Shown: positions 28,123 through 38,319 of the stretch, one piece after another
Position numbering within the stretch: the stretch's first letter is position 1
How the letters are laid out: the number at the start of each line of letters is the position of its first letter
Assembly (NCBI GenBank): GCA_051872535.1
Contig: JBJEDY010000023.1
Span: 1 to 59,820 of the forward strand
Origin: Bacilli bacterium
GTDB lineage: Bacteria; Bacillota_I; Bacilli_A; RF39; UBA660
Reading direction: 5' to 3'
Length of the DNA: 59,820 nucleotides
Translations under genes and position numbers: made by a program
The notes under the pieces: generated by a model
The model's database searches: none
Seen by the model: the letters and a program-made list of their open reading frames with translations, nothing else
What the model was told of the DNA's origin: nothing

Positions 28123-28563
28123 TTAGTTCTTTTTTTTAATTAAAATATAGCAACCAATTCCTAGCAACGATCCAGATGTATCTATAACTACATCCATAAC
28201 TCGACACTCTCTTTCCAAAATAAAGTACTGATGAAACTCATCACAAGATGCAACTACTATACACAAAACTAAAGATATTATAAAAAAATATTTAATATCA
28301 TACAATGTTACAAATCTAATAATTAAAATAGCTAAAATAAAATATTCTAAAAAGTGAGCGGCTTTACGAGTTATAAACGTATAATCTTTAACTATTTCAT
28401 CCTTTTCATCTTCGTTTTTATCACTAACTATTTCTACAAAAGTTGTAATAACATCTTCGCTTTGTTTTTTTGAAACATTACCAGGTTGGTTAGAAAACCA
28501 AAATATTAATATTAACCAAACAATAATACAACAAAGTCGAAATATTTTTTTACTCACCATCAA
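28123..28563 (-). CDS. VanZ-family membrane protein
   Basis: ..RKAAHFLEY.. and CDEFHQYFILERECRVMDVVIDTSGSLLG motifs. Confidence 0.75.
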   Translation of the reverse strand: MMVSKKIFRLCCIIVWLILIFWFSNQPGNVSKKQSEDVITTFVEIVSDKNEDEKDEIVKDYTFITRKAAHFLEYFILAILIIRFVTLYDIKYFFIISLVLCIVVASCDEFHQYFILERECRVMDVVIDTSGSLLGIGCYILIKKKN

Positions 28564-30025
28564 TAACTTCCTTTATCTTTTCTTTAGCGGCTTTAATATC
28601 TTTTTCATAAGGAACCATTACATATAATTTTTGTCTTGTTCCATATGAATAAGTATAATCATAGGCATCACTACCAGAAACACTAATTGATTCGACATTC
28701 CAATCAGGCATTTTATCTAATTGATACTTAATAAAATTTTGGATAGTTTTAGTTGGCATATTAGTTTGGAATGATCCATCCAAGGAATCAATTATTTTAT
28801 TATATTTAGTTAATAATATTTTACTCTTAGATACTTTACTAATTATAGCATTAATTACATCTTGTTGATTTTTTCCACGATGTCTATCACCGGTAACATA
28901 AGCATAACGTTCACGACTGTAAGCAAGGGCTTTTTTTCCATCCATATAATTAATTCCTTTTTTTACTGTCCATCCCTTAATATGTGAAGAGTTAAATGTC
29001 ATATCACTTTCTACTTCAATTCCATCAATAACATCGACAAGTTCAATAACAGTATCAAAATTAACTCTTAAATAATAATTAATCTTCATCCCATATAGAT
29101 CCTCTAAAGTACTCATGCTTAAATCAATTCCATAAACACCAGCATGAGTTAATTTATCTCTTAATCCAGTTTTACCATGTAATGCTACATAATAATCTCT
29201 TGGTGTATTTACTAGTAAGATCTTATTAGTTTTAGGATTTACAATCATAATAATATTTACATCACTTCGTCCACGAATTGTTTTAATATTACCATATTGA
29301 TCAATCCCGCTAATATAAATTGCAAATGGTTCATCAATATCAATAACTTCCACATTTTCATTACTTACTTTTGTTTTGACGGTAAAAGTATAAATAACTT
29401 TTGTTATTTCTTCAAAATTAATCTTATTTTCACTATTCTCTTCATAATTACTATTGTCTTCATCTTGTAACATAGCTAGAACATCATTTGAAATAACAAT
29501 TGCTTTAAAAGTATAATTATATAATCCATCCAATAAACTACCTACATCACTAGCAATCGAGTCATTAAATGATAAATTTTTAGACAAATTTTCAATAACA
29601 TTATCACTATTTTCATTTAATAATCCAAGTGTTTCATTTTGTAAATCATCAACTGTATTAAAATTCATTGATTTTAATACTACAACATTATAATTGATAC
29701 TTTCATATTCTTTAGAAAGTAAATTTTTTATAAAATCAAATGTATTATTTAATGCTAAAATACCAATAAAGCATATAATACAAACCAATATTCCAAAGAC
29801 TGATGATCCAAGTTTATATATAACACTATGTTTTGGCCATAGTAAATACCAAAATAAGATTGAAATTCCTATAGAAGTAATAATTAATAAGAATATATAT
29901 TTTAAAGGCAACATATTAGCTTTAATTGCACAAATAATTAAACCTATAAAGAAAAAAATTATAATGCAAAAAAGAAACTTAGAAAAATAACCCAAAACTT
30001 TCTCAATATCAACCTTCTTTTTCAT
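28550..30025 (-). CDS. LytR-CpsA-Psr (LCP) family glycopolymer ligase with an extended N-terminal membrane region
   Basis: LCP core motifs (NIIMIVNP, LLVNTPRDYYV, ALAYSRERY, GDRHRGKNQQ). Confidence 0.85.
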   Translation of the reverse strand: MKKKVDIEKVLGYFSKFLFCIIIFFFIGLIICAIKANMLPLKYIFLLIITSIGISILFWYLLWPKHSVIYKLGSSVFGILVCIICFIGILALNNTFDFIKNLLSKEYESINYNVVVLKSMNFNTVDDLQNETLGLLNENSDNVIENLSKNLSFNDSIASDVGSLLDGLYNYTFKAIVISNDVLAMLQDEDNSNYEENSENKINFEEITKVIYTFTVKTKVSNENVEVIDIDEPFAIYISGIDQYGNIKTIRGRSDVNIIMIVNPKTNKILLVNTPRDYYVALHGKTGLRDKLTHAGVYGIDLSMSTLEDLYGMKINYYLRVNFDTVIELVDVIDGIEVESDMTFNSSHIKGWTVKKGINYMDGKKALAYSRERYAYVTGDRHRGKNQQDVINAIISKVSKSKILLTKYNKIIDSLDGSFQTNMPTKTIQNFIKYQLDKMPDWNVESISVSGSDAYDYTYSYGTRQKLYVMVPYEKDIKAAKEKIKEVIDGE

Positions 30026-30104
30026 TTAATCACCCACTTAATAAAAGTAATTATAACTGATATATCCCCTATTTACAATAGTAAATTTTACATCTTCTTA
30101 ACAT

Positions 30105-30785
30105 TTATTTGGCACCATCTCTTTTAAAAACAGCTCTAAATGTTTTAAACAAAATACTTATATCAAACATTAATGATCTTTCTAAAAAATACAATTTATC
30201 CATTTTAATACGATAATCAAAAGATATGTCATTTCTACCACTAACTTGCCATAATCCTGTAATACCAGGTTTACATCTTATTATCGTATCATAACAATCT
30301 CCCATATCGGGAATCTCTCTAAACAAATAAGGTCTAGGTCCAACTAAAGACATTTCTCCAATAAGTACATTTAAAAATTGCGGAAACTCATCAATTGACG
30401 TTTTTCTAATAAATTTACCTATCTTTGTAATTCTTGGATCATTTTCTAACTTTTTATTAATTCTATATTCTTCTTTTATTTTTGGATCTTTTTCCATTAA
30501 TTCTTCCAAGACTTTCTCAGCATTTGGAACCATACTACGAAATTTTAAAATTTTAATCTTTTTACCATTTAATCCTATTCTTTCTTGGACAAAAAATATT
30601 GGTGCAAAATCTTTATTAATTACAGATACTATTTTTATAATTAAGGCTATTGGTAATATTAAAAGAGAACCAAATAAACCACCTATAATATCCAACAATC
30701 TTTTTAAGATAAAAAATATCGGTCTATCTTTAGATGCTGCAAAAGGTACTAGTAAAACACCTTCTTGCATTTCAATTGTATTCAT
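30105..30785 (-). CDS. Undecaprenyl-phosphate sugar phosphotransferase (priming transferase, WbaP/CpsE C-terminal type)
   Basis: KRLLDI.., LKFRSM, DPRITKIGKFIRKTSIDEFPQ, SLVGPRP and PGITGLWQVSGR motifs. The ATG at 30785 follows GGTGGTGA. Confidence 0.9.
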   Translation of the reverse strand: MNTIEMQEGVLLVPFAASKDRPIFFILKRLLDIIGGLFGSLLILPIALIIKIVSVINKDFAPIFFVQERIGLNGKKIKILKFRSMVPNAEKVLEELMEKDPKIKEEYRINKKLENDPRITKIGKFIRKTSIDEFPQFLNVLIGEMSLVGPRPYLFREIPDMGDCYDTIIRCKPGITGLWQVSGRNDISFDYRIKMDKLYFLERSLMFDISILFKTFRAVFKRDGAK

Positions 30786-30882
30786 AGTAATCACCACACT
30801 TTTGTCTTCCTTTTTATTACTAAGTATTTATTATACCCTATATAATAGTAATTATATAATAATGTATAAAAAAAGAAAAGCA

Positions 30883-31056
30883 TCATTTAACTTTCTTTAC
30901 TTCTTTTTGCTCTTCTATTTCATTTTCTAAGATATCAATATAGTTTTCTTCTTCAATAACTTTTTGTTTTTCTTCAGGAATAAAGGGTGTTAAAACTTTT
31001 TCTGCTTCCATCAATAAATCAACTACTTTTGTTTCATTTGTAACTTTAATTATCAT
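30883..31056 (-). CDS. 57-aa acidic hypothetical protein
   Basis: Hand translation: MIIKVTNETKVVDLLMEAEKVLTPFIPEEKQKVIEEENYIDILENEIEEQKEVKKVK. SD GGAGGA lies 7 nt upstream. The ORF is below the track cutoff. Confidence 0.4.
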   Translation of the reverse strand: MIIKVTNETKVVDLLMEAEKVLTPFIPEEKQKVIEEENYIDILENEIEEQKEVKKVK

Positions 31057-31148
31057 TAGTATTCCTCCAAGTAGATTTTATCATTTTTTTTAATAAAAAT
31101 CAAAAATATAAAATAATGTTTAATAGTACTACTCATCTTTTAAAAAAA

Positions 31149-31700
31149 CTAATTATTATTAATTAGTTCTTTTATTTCCATTATTACTTTCATCATATTT
31201 TCTTCTTGTTTTAGAATGTCCTCAAACATTAAACAATCATTAAATTCATGTGTATATACAACATCCATCATTGCACTTTCAGCAAAACTACCCAACGACG
31301 TTAAACAACCATCAGTTGAATAAACACTTTTTGGTTTAGAACCAATTACTAAAGATATCATTTTTTTATTCTTTAATCCTCTAGTACTATATAACGGATT
31401 TAATCGATCCATAAATATTTTTAAATCACCAGATAATGTATTCCATCTTGTTGGTGTAATAAATATTAAATACTCAGCAGTATTAATTTTCGTAATATTG
31501 CTTGCCATTGCATCACTAAAATCACATACACCATTCAAATCACAATCCATACATCCAGTACACAAATATATTTTTTGATTACCAGGAGTAATTACATCAC
31601 AAGAAATACGACTTTCTTGTAAACTATTTTGTAATTTTTTTGCAAGTATTGCACTATTACCTTCTCTTCTAGAACCAACTATTATTAAAACTCTTGCCAT
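31149..31700 (-). CDS. NADPH-dependent FMN reductase-fold iron-sulfur flavoprotein
   Basis: A flavodoxin-like start VLIIVGSRREGNS and a compact Cys motif CTGCMDCDLNGVC (CX2CX2CX5C), as in Isf-type proteins. Confidence 0.7.
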   Translation of the reverse strand: MARVLIIVGSRREGNSAILAKKLQNSLQESRISCDVITPGNQKIYLCTGCMDCDLNGVCDFSDAMASNITKINTAEYLIFITPTRWNTLSGDLKIFMDRLNPLYSTRGLKNKKMISLVIGSKPKSVYSTDGCLTSLGSFAESAMMDVVYTHEFNDCLMFEDILKQEENMMKVIMEIKELINNN

Positions 31701-31739
31701 AAATATTCACCATTATTATTATGGTTTAAAGTAAATATA

Positions 31740-33545
31740 TTATAAGTAAATATCAACATAAAAACTAATAATAAGAAAAATAATGAAATCAAATATTGAA
31801 GAATTCGTATCAGGTACTTCTATAGAGACAGACTCAACTTTTTGATGTAAGGTAATAGTTTCTTTGTGTTCTTTTTGATTATATACTATTAATTCTTTAA
31901 TATTATTATCAAGATTTATATCATAAATAGTATTATTAACTATATATCCATCTACTTTTTCCAGTTCTTTTACTTGGTATGTATCATAGACCAAATTATT
32001 AAAAAAACACTTACCATTGATATCAGAGAAACACTCTAATAATAATTTGTTATCTTTAAATAAGCCAAATTTAACATTACTAAGATTTTCTTTAGTATCT
32101 TTATCTTGTTTTAAAATGGATATATCTCCTTTAAACAAATAATTTTGCAATTCCCTATCATAAGAAACTACTTCTGTATATTGATCTTCATATTCTAAGT
32201 TAATTTCATATATTTCTTCGTCTAATTTATAATTAGGCATAGTTTCTTTCTCGTAAAGATAATATTTTCCTAAAGGTAAATTAAGTATATATATTTCCCC
32301 ATTTTCATCAGTTTCGATTTCTTTAACAATAGTATCTTTTAAATAAATAAGATCTCCATTATGGATTATATCTTCCCTAGCTTTAAGAATATATTTAACT
32401 TTTGGGAGTAAAACTTTCTCATAAAATACTTGATTATCTTTTATAAACATCTTTTCACCATATTTTTTTATTTTTATAGTGCCATATACTGTTTTATTAT
32501 AAAAATTAGTAACTAAATTTGGAGAATTAAGATTTATTTGTAACACTTCGTTATTCCATAGATAACCATTTATGGAACTATCTAATTCATAAAGATAATA
32601 ATTTCCATAAGGAAGATTATTAATTGTTAATACACCTTTATCATTTGTTTCATAAACACAATTATTAACGCAAACATCATTATTCTTAGAATCTTTTAAT
32701 TTAAACTTAATTCCTTTTTGAGTAATATTCTTTTTAGTTGCAAAATCCTTTTTATTAATAGTTATATTTCCACTTAAGACTTCAACCTCAAACTCAATAT
32801 AAAATGGCTCTAAATTACCAGCCATTAACATATCTTGGTAACCATCAGACTTAAAAATATAATATGGGTGATTATATACTTGTTTTCTAACTAAACGTAT
32901 TTTATTTATCCCATTTTCATTTCCAATAATAGTAAGATTACTACCATTTTTAGTTACTTGTAAATTTCCACTACTAACTAAATCATAATTGTTTAAAATA
33001 GTATCATTTAATTCTAATTTACTATTTAAATTTACTTGATATCTATTTTGTAAGTTAGGTTTGTCATAGTGATGTTTAACCAAATCTTCTATTTCTGTTT
33101 TTTCTTTGGAAAAATCAATATCTTCCCCTTCTCCAAATCTCTTTGTATTAAAAGTAACATCAACTTTTTCATTAGCTGTTAACTCCCATAATATCGCTTG
33201 TGTAGCTGCAATATACCCATCAGATTGATGATTAGGATATTCATACCCATAATAAGCAGTTAAAAGAATTTGTTCTTTTTTACTTTCGGGAATAGTTGTA
33301 GCACTCCAATCAGCAATTTCATACTCTCGCCCTTGAGTAACTTTAAATTGAATGCAATAAGTCTCCTCCTCATCTATTTTGTAAATTGGAAAATTCCAAG
33401 ATCTTTTATTTCCATTAACATCCGTCCTAACATAATAAAATGATTTAAAATCTAAAGCTAATTCTTTAGCATCAACAGTTTTGGTACCTATAAAATAAAA
33501 TAGAATGATAAAAGTAATAGAAAGTAATCTGACATATATTTTCAC
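31740..33545 (-). CDS. Secreted adhesin: thioester-domain-like N-terminus plus three Cna-B/SpaA-type fold repeats and a C-terminal hydrophobic anchor
   Basis: A GTG start at 33545 lies 7 nt after GGAGG and gives the signal peptide VKIYVRLLSITFIILFYFIGTKTVDA. YCIQ and TQAILW motifs are present, with repeats of the type G.I.I.K.....L.....F.L......NG...NL..G.Y...E. Confidence 0.75.
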   Translation of the reverse strand: MKIYVRLLSITFIILFYFIGTKTVDAKELALDFKSFYYVRTDVNGNKRSWNFPIYKIDEEETYCIQFKVTQGREYEIADWSATTIPESKKEQILLTAYYGYEYPNHQSDGYIAATQAILWELTANEKVDVTFNTKRFGEGEDIDFSKEKTEIEDLVKHHYDKPNLQNRYQVNLNSKLELNDTILNNYDLVSSGNLQVTKNGSNLTIIGNENGINKIRLVRKQVYNHPYYIFKSDGYQDMLMAGNLEPFYIEFEVEVLSGNITINKKDFATKKNITQKGIKFKLKDSKNNDVCVNNCVYETNDKGVLTINNLPYGNYYLYELDSSINGYLWNNEVLQINLNSPNLVTNFYNKTVYGTIKIKKYGEKMFIKDNQVFYEKVLLPKVKYILKAREDIIHNGDLIYLKDTIVKEIETDENGEIYILNLPLGKYYLYEKETMPNYKLDEEIYEINLEYEDQYTEVVSYDRELQNYLFKGDISILKQDKDTKENLSNVKFGLFKDNKLLLECFSDINGKCFFNNLVYDTYQVKELEKVDGYIVNNTIYDINLDNNIKELIVYNQKEHKETITLHQKVESVSIEVPDTNSSIFDFIIFLIISFYVDIYL

Positions 33546-33691
33546 AAAAGAACCTCCAATCATATAATTACCTTCTACTTATATATTATAGGTAAATCGT
33601 CGATTCCCTTTTTTTCGTGTAAATTTATAAAAAAAACAGGTTTTATTTATTAAATAAAATATATTTTAAAAAGAACATAATTCTAGATTTT

Positions 33692-35119
33692 TTACATTCT
33701 AATTTTATTTTTTAAAAAGTTCATTGCGTATTTTAAAGAATCTTTATACAATACAATTAATAATATTAAACTTATCAAATATAGGGATATATTTATATAA
33801 TTAAATTTGTTAAAGGTATTATATAATGCAAACAAAGAAACTATTAATGTAATAAAGTAGAATTTTTTAAGTTTAAAATCAACATAAAAATATTTATTTG
33901 ACAAAAGTGTTCTTAATGTAAAAAAAATTATATATGAGATTCCCGTTGATATTGCTGCTCCTTTTGGTCCAATTTTTGGAACTAATATGATATTGCCTAC
34001 TATATTAGTTAAACAAGCTCCTAAAGCTATAAAAATGTGTAGTTTTGTTTTTTTCTTAAAATTAATTCCATTTACTGTTGTTTCAGAAATAGTATACATA
34101 ATTGGATAAAATATTAAAAATGGCAAAATAAAGGCTGCTTCACGATACTCACTACCTAAAAAGAAAACTAAAATATCTTTAAAAAATATTATATTAATAC
34201 CGATAAAAAACATAATTAGTGTAATTATTTGATTTCCTTTTATATAAAAAGTAGTATCATTATTATCATTGGCATAATGTTCCATTGCACTTGGAGCCCA
34301 TATAGTATTAAAAGCAGTTTGAACAATAGCAAAAATGTTCACAATCATAATTGCAGAAGAGTATATACCAATATTTTCATAAGTTGAGTAATAATTTAAA
34401 GTTAATTTGTCAATTGCTTGAAATAAAGTTGTTATACCCATAGAAAAGATATACGGAAATGAATATTTAATTAACACTTTCATTTTCCCCTTTTCATATA
34501 AAGAAGTATTATTAAATTTCCAAAGATTATTATTAGCTAAAATACTTATTATCAAACAAAGGAATGTTGAAATAGTAATTGATAAAGCAAGAATAAATAA
34601 ATAATTACTTTTTATTATCAATAACATTGGTAAAGAAAATACTAAATAAAAAACTTTAATTAAAACATTTAATAATGAATACAATTTTGTATTAAATTCT
34701 AACCTATTAACTAATTGACTAAACCTATAGAAAACTTGTAAAAAAGTATATAATACAAGCAATAAAACAATATTTTTATTAAATTGGATTTTTAATATAT
34801 CAAAACTATTTAGTAATATAAGACCTAAACCAATTAATAAACTAAATACAAATGGTAGTATAAGACAATTAAATAATAACTTCTTTTTATAAACTAAAGT
34901 CTTTTCTTCATAATAAAATCTTACTAAAGCTTGATCCATACCTAAACATAGAACCATCAAAGCTATACTAGAGTATGTTGTAAATAAAGAGTATTGACCA
35001 TAATCGCTAGGAGAAACAATTCTTGTTATTATAGGTGTTGATATAAAAGCCAATACCATATTTAAAAATGTTCCAATACCTATAGTTATAAAATGTTTAA
35101 AAATATTATTATTTTTCAT
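33692..35119 (-). CDS. wzx: Wzx-type polysaccharide flippase (MOP superfamily)
   Basis: ~475 aa with 12-14 predicted TM segments and a typical polysaccharide-biosynthesis-protein N-terminus. The ATG at 35119 follows AAAGGGG. Confidence 0.8.
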   Translation of the reverse strand: MKNNNIFKHFITIGIGTFLNMVLAFISTPIITRIVSPSDYGQYSLFTTYSSIALMVLCLGMDQALVRFYYEEKTLVYKKKLLFNCLILPFVFSLLIGLGLILLNSFDILKIQFNKNIVLLLVLYTFLQVFYRFSQLVNRLEFNTKLYSLLNVLIKVFYLVFSLPMLLIIKSNYLFILALSITISTFLCLIISILANNNLWKFNNTSLYEKGKMKVLIKYSFPYIFSMGITTLFQAIDKLTLNYYSTYENIGIYSSAIMIVNIFAIVQTAFNTIWAPSAMEHYANDNNDTTFYIKGNQIITLIMFFIGINIIFFKDILVFFLGSEYREAAFILPFLIFYPIMYTISETTVNGINFKKKTKLHIFIALGACLTNIVGNIILVPKIGPKGAAISTGISYIIFFTLRTLLSNKYFYVDFKLKKFYFITLIVSLFALYNTFNKFNYINISLYLISLILLIVLYKDSLKYAMNFLKNKIRM

Positions 35120-35137
35120 TTTTATAACCCCTTTCAA

Positions 35138-35971
35138 TTATTTATCAAAATCGTCCTTAGTTAATTTAAAGTATTCATTTAATAAAGTAAGATATTTATC
35201 GTTTCTATTCTCTTCTACATTTAATTGTGATAAAGCAATCTCTTGTGTTCCATTAATAGAATGATTTTTATAATTTCTATGACAAGCTTTAACAATTTTT
35301 ATATCGTGTTTAACTTCAATAAACTTAAGCCATAAATCATCTTGACACAACGCTATTTTACTTATTAAATCTATGTTAAAAGTTTCAGGTGGCATTATAT
35401 TTGGTGGATACAATACTCCGCCTACTCCTGTCGCACATAAATAATGATTTGGAATTAAAGCATCCTCTCCATTATATGCGCCCTCCCATTGCAAATAGCT
35501 TTTTATCTTGTTACCTTCAAATGTAATTTTATGAGGCCTCATACAGGAAATAGCATTTGGAAATTTTAAATATGAAGAATATAAAATTTTTATTACATTT
35601 TTGTTATAAAATATATCGTCATCAAAAGTAATTATAATATTATCTTGATATTCTTGCATAGCATAAAAATATTTTGTATGTGGTTTTAAATTAACATCCT
35701 CTCTAAATTTAATCTCTAAACCACGTTTTTGCATTTTAATAATTTGTTTTGGAATTTTAGTTTTATCAATATTATTACCTAAATATAAAACTATTTTGCT
35801 AGGTTTTAAAGTTTGATGAAATATTGTTTCTAGAGACAAATATAATTTAGAAAACCTCGATGGAATACTAGTAACAGAAACAATAATTTTGTTAGAGTTT
35901 TCTTCTAACTTATTCTTAGGTATTATAAAGATCCATATTCTATAAAAGATATATAATAATTTGTTTTTCAT
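35138..35971 (-). CDS. Putative GT-A-fold glycosyltransferase
   Basis: 277 aa with SVTSIPSR..., a DDD motif (ITFDDDIFY) and a cps context. Confidence 0.6.
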   Translation of the reverse strand: MKNKLLYIFYRIWIFIIPKNKLEENSNKIIVSVTSIPSRFSKLYLSLETIFHQTLKPSKIVLYLGNNIDKTKIPKQIIKMQKRGLEIKFREDVNLKPHTKYFYAMQEYQDNIIITFDDDIFYNKNVIKILYSSYLKFPNAISCMRPHKITFEGNKIKSYLQWEGAYNGEDALIPNHYLCATGVGGVLYPPNIMPPETFNIDLISKIALCQDDLWLKFIEVKHDIKIVKACHRNYKNHSINGTQEIALSQLNVEENRNDKYLTLLNEYFKLTKDDFDK

Positions 35972-37155
35972 TTTTCTTCTCCTAATTCTTCATTATTAAC
36001 AAAAAGATATGTTAAAAACATCATACAAATAAAATTGTTCATATAAGATTCAAAAGTAGTCATCAATAGAAACAATAAAAACGCTACTTTTAATATATCA
36101 CCATTTCTTGTTTTATTTTGATTTAGTTTTTTAGAACATACCAATAAATATATAACATATATTATTGAAGTAATTATACCAGATTTATACGCCAAATTTA
36201 AAATAAAATTATGTGCATTTGATGCATCAAAATACTTTTGCCAAAAGAAATCATTATACATATTGGTTAAATTGCAATCCCATCCCCATCCAATTAATCT
36301 TAATTTAGTCATTTCAATTGCTTTTTTCCAAATAATAGTTCTTCCAGTGAATGTTAAATCTCTACCTAAAATATCCACTATAAATGCGCTAAAGTACTTT
36401 TGAATACCCACTAAGACTATCAAAACAAAAAAGATAATCATAATATAAAATAATACTTTTGCATTAATCTTATTTATTACTCGATTAATTATTTTACTAT
36501 TTAGAAAAATACCATACAAAACAAGCAATACTATTACAACAATACTGGTAGCAGATTTTGTATATAAAACAGAAACAAAACAAATTAAATAGAAAACAAA
36601 GCTTAAAAATTTTTCTAGAATTACTTTTTTTCTATCATTATATTTTTTATCACTTAATAAAAATAAAATAATCAAACAAGGAAATATATATAAAATTGGC
36701 ATATTTTTTGATCCTAATATAAATTTAGTTTTTTGATTTACAACTATATCAATACTTCGTAAATAAACTATTCCTGCGAAATTAATTAATATATATATAA
36801 TTAAAGTTATCATTATACATTTGCAAAATGAACGCAAATTATTTTTATTAATTTCCGCTAAAAGGAGTAAAGACATAATCCCATGCCAGAATACTAAAGC
36901 ATTATATACACCAGATTTATTTATCAAACAAGATATTAAAACAAATATTTCAATTATTCCAATAAATTTGATTGAAAGATTTAATTTTCTTTTTTTTATA
37001 GTTGCTAAAAATAAGATATTGATAATAAAAATAGAACATAATCTAAAAATATTCATTATAGTATTTAGTGTAACAGAGTAATTATCCAAACCAACAGGTT
37101 TAAGTAAAAAGAAAATTAATAATACATTTAGTAAATTACGTTTCTTTATAGTCAT
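35968..37155 (-). CDS. wzy: Wzy-type polymerase (O-antigen ligase-like membrane protein)
   Basis: 395 aa with ~10 TM segments and a large loop carrying RTIIWKKAIEM. It sits beside wzx and the glycosyltransferases. Confidence 0.7.
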   Translation of the reverse strand: MTIKKRNLLNVLLIFFLLKPVGLDNYSVTLNTIMNIFRLCSIFIINILFLATIKKRKLNLSIKFIGIIEIFVLISCLINKSGVYNALVFWHGIMSLLLLAEINKNNLRSFCKCIMITLIIYILINFAGIVYLRSIDIVVNQKTKFILGSKNMPILYIFPCLIILFLLSDKKYNDRKKVILEKFLSFVFYLICFVSVLYTKSATSIVVIVLLVLYGIFLNSKIINRVINKINAKVLFYIMIIFFVLIVLVGIQKYFSAFIVDILGRDLTFTGRTIIWKKAIEMTKLRLIGWGWDCNLTNMYNDFFWQKYFDASNAHNFILNLAYKSGIITSIIYVIYLLVCSKKLNQNKTRNGDILKVAFLLFLLMTTFESYMNNFICMMFLTYLFVNNEELGEEK

Positions 37156-37159
37156 ATAC

Positions 37160-38317
37160 TTACTCCCATTCTATACTTTTTTTTGAAATTTTACTATATA
37201 AGAAATTATCTTTTTCTTCTTTATTCGCATTCCTTTTCATTCCATTATAAAATTCTTTATCTGTAACTAATTTATTAAGAATTTCTTTATACTCATCAAT
37301 ATTATTTTTATTTGCAAATAATACATTTCCACCTATATCAATATGGTTAACACCAATAATATGCTGACATAAAAGAGGGATTCCTTGTGCAACAACCTGT
37401 TCCCAATAAACGGAATGTCTTCCTGGAAAAACAACTAAATCAGCTGCCGAAAAATATTTATATGAATCATTGCTGCTTAACCACCCAATATATATAATAT
37501 TGTCATCAAATAATGATGTTAACTTATCTTTAAGACCATCAACTATACTTCCAAAAATTAATAATTTAATTTTGTTATTATTTAGGTTTTTAACTGCTTT
37601 TGCAAGCTCAATTATATCCTTTTTTGCAAAATCAATTTTTCCACCCGATATAATTAAGAAATCATCATCATGTACACCATATTTTTTACGAATTTTTTCT
37701 CTATAATTCAATTTTAGAGAATCTTCAATCATTTCATCATCCGCACCCATAATTAATAATTCACACTTTTCTTTAGGTAATTTATATACATTAACTAAAA
37801 AATCAACTCTAGCAGGTAATACACCATAAAATTTTTTTATATAAGGTTTTATTTTTTGAGCTTTACGACGCCAGATAATTTTATGTAATATATTTTTTGA
37901 TAGCCAAGATCTTGCACTATTAGTAAAATCAGCATGATTATCCAAATAAGCAATAACATTTTTATTTTCTTTTAAATATTTTACAACTATATCAATATCT
38001 ATAAATTGTAAATTATGAATAAATAAAATATCTGGCTGACTTGTTTTTAATACTCGGCTTAAATTATTATAATGAATAAACTTATTTGAAAAATTTTGGT
38101 TAAATTTTGGTTTTAATCTAATAACATGGACTCCATCTTTATTAACATAATCATTATCATTTGCTAAAACTATTTTTCCATTTTCATCATACATCCAACA
38201 ATTAGTCACAATTTCCACTTCAAGATTTAATTTTTTATGATATTTAGCTAGTAGATTTTCTTGATAAGAAAATCCTTCTGTATACACACTTGCTAAACAA
38301 AGATGCATTATTTTCAT
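37160..38317 (-). CDS. GT-B-fold glycosyltransferase (GT1/GT4-like)
   Basis: 385 aa with a C-terminal ...ADLVVFPGRHS..WEQ.. sugar-donor-binding-like region. Confidence 0.7.
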   Translation of the reverse strand: MKIMHLCLASVYTEGFSYQENLLAKYHKKLNLEVEIVTNCWMYDENGKIVLANDNDYVNKDGVHVIRLKPKFNQNFSNKFIHYNNLSRVLKTSQPDILFIHNLQFIDIDIVVKYLKENKNVIAYLDNHADFTNSARSWLSKNILHKIIWRRKAQKIKPYIKKFYGVLPARVDFLVNVYKLPKEKCELLIMGADDEMIEDSLKLNYREKIRKKYGVHDDDFLIISGGKIDFAKKDIIELAKAVKNLNNNKIKLLIFGSIVDGLKDKLTSLFDDNIIYIGWLSSNDSYKYFSAADLVVFPGRHSVYWEQVVAQGIPLLCQHIIGVNHIDIGGNVLFANKNNIDEYKEILNKLVTDKEFYNGMKRNANKEEKDNFLYSKISKKSIEWE

Positions 38318-38319
38318 AT

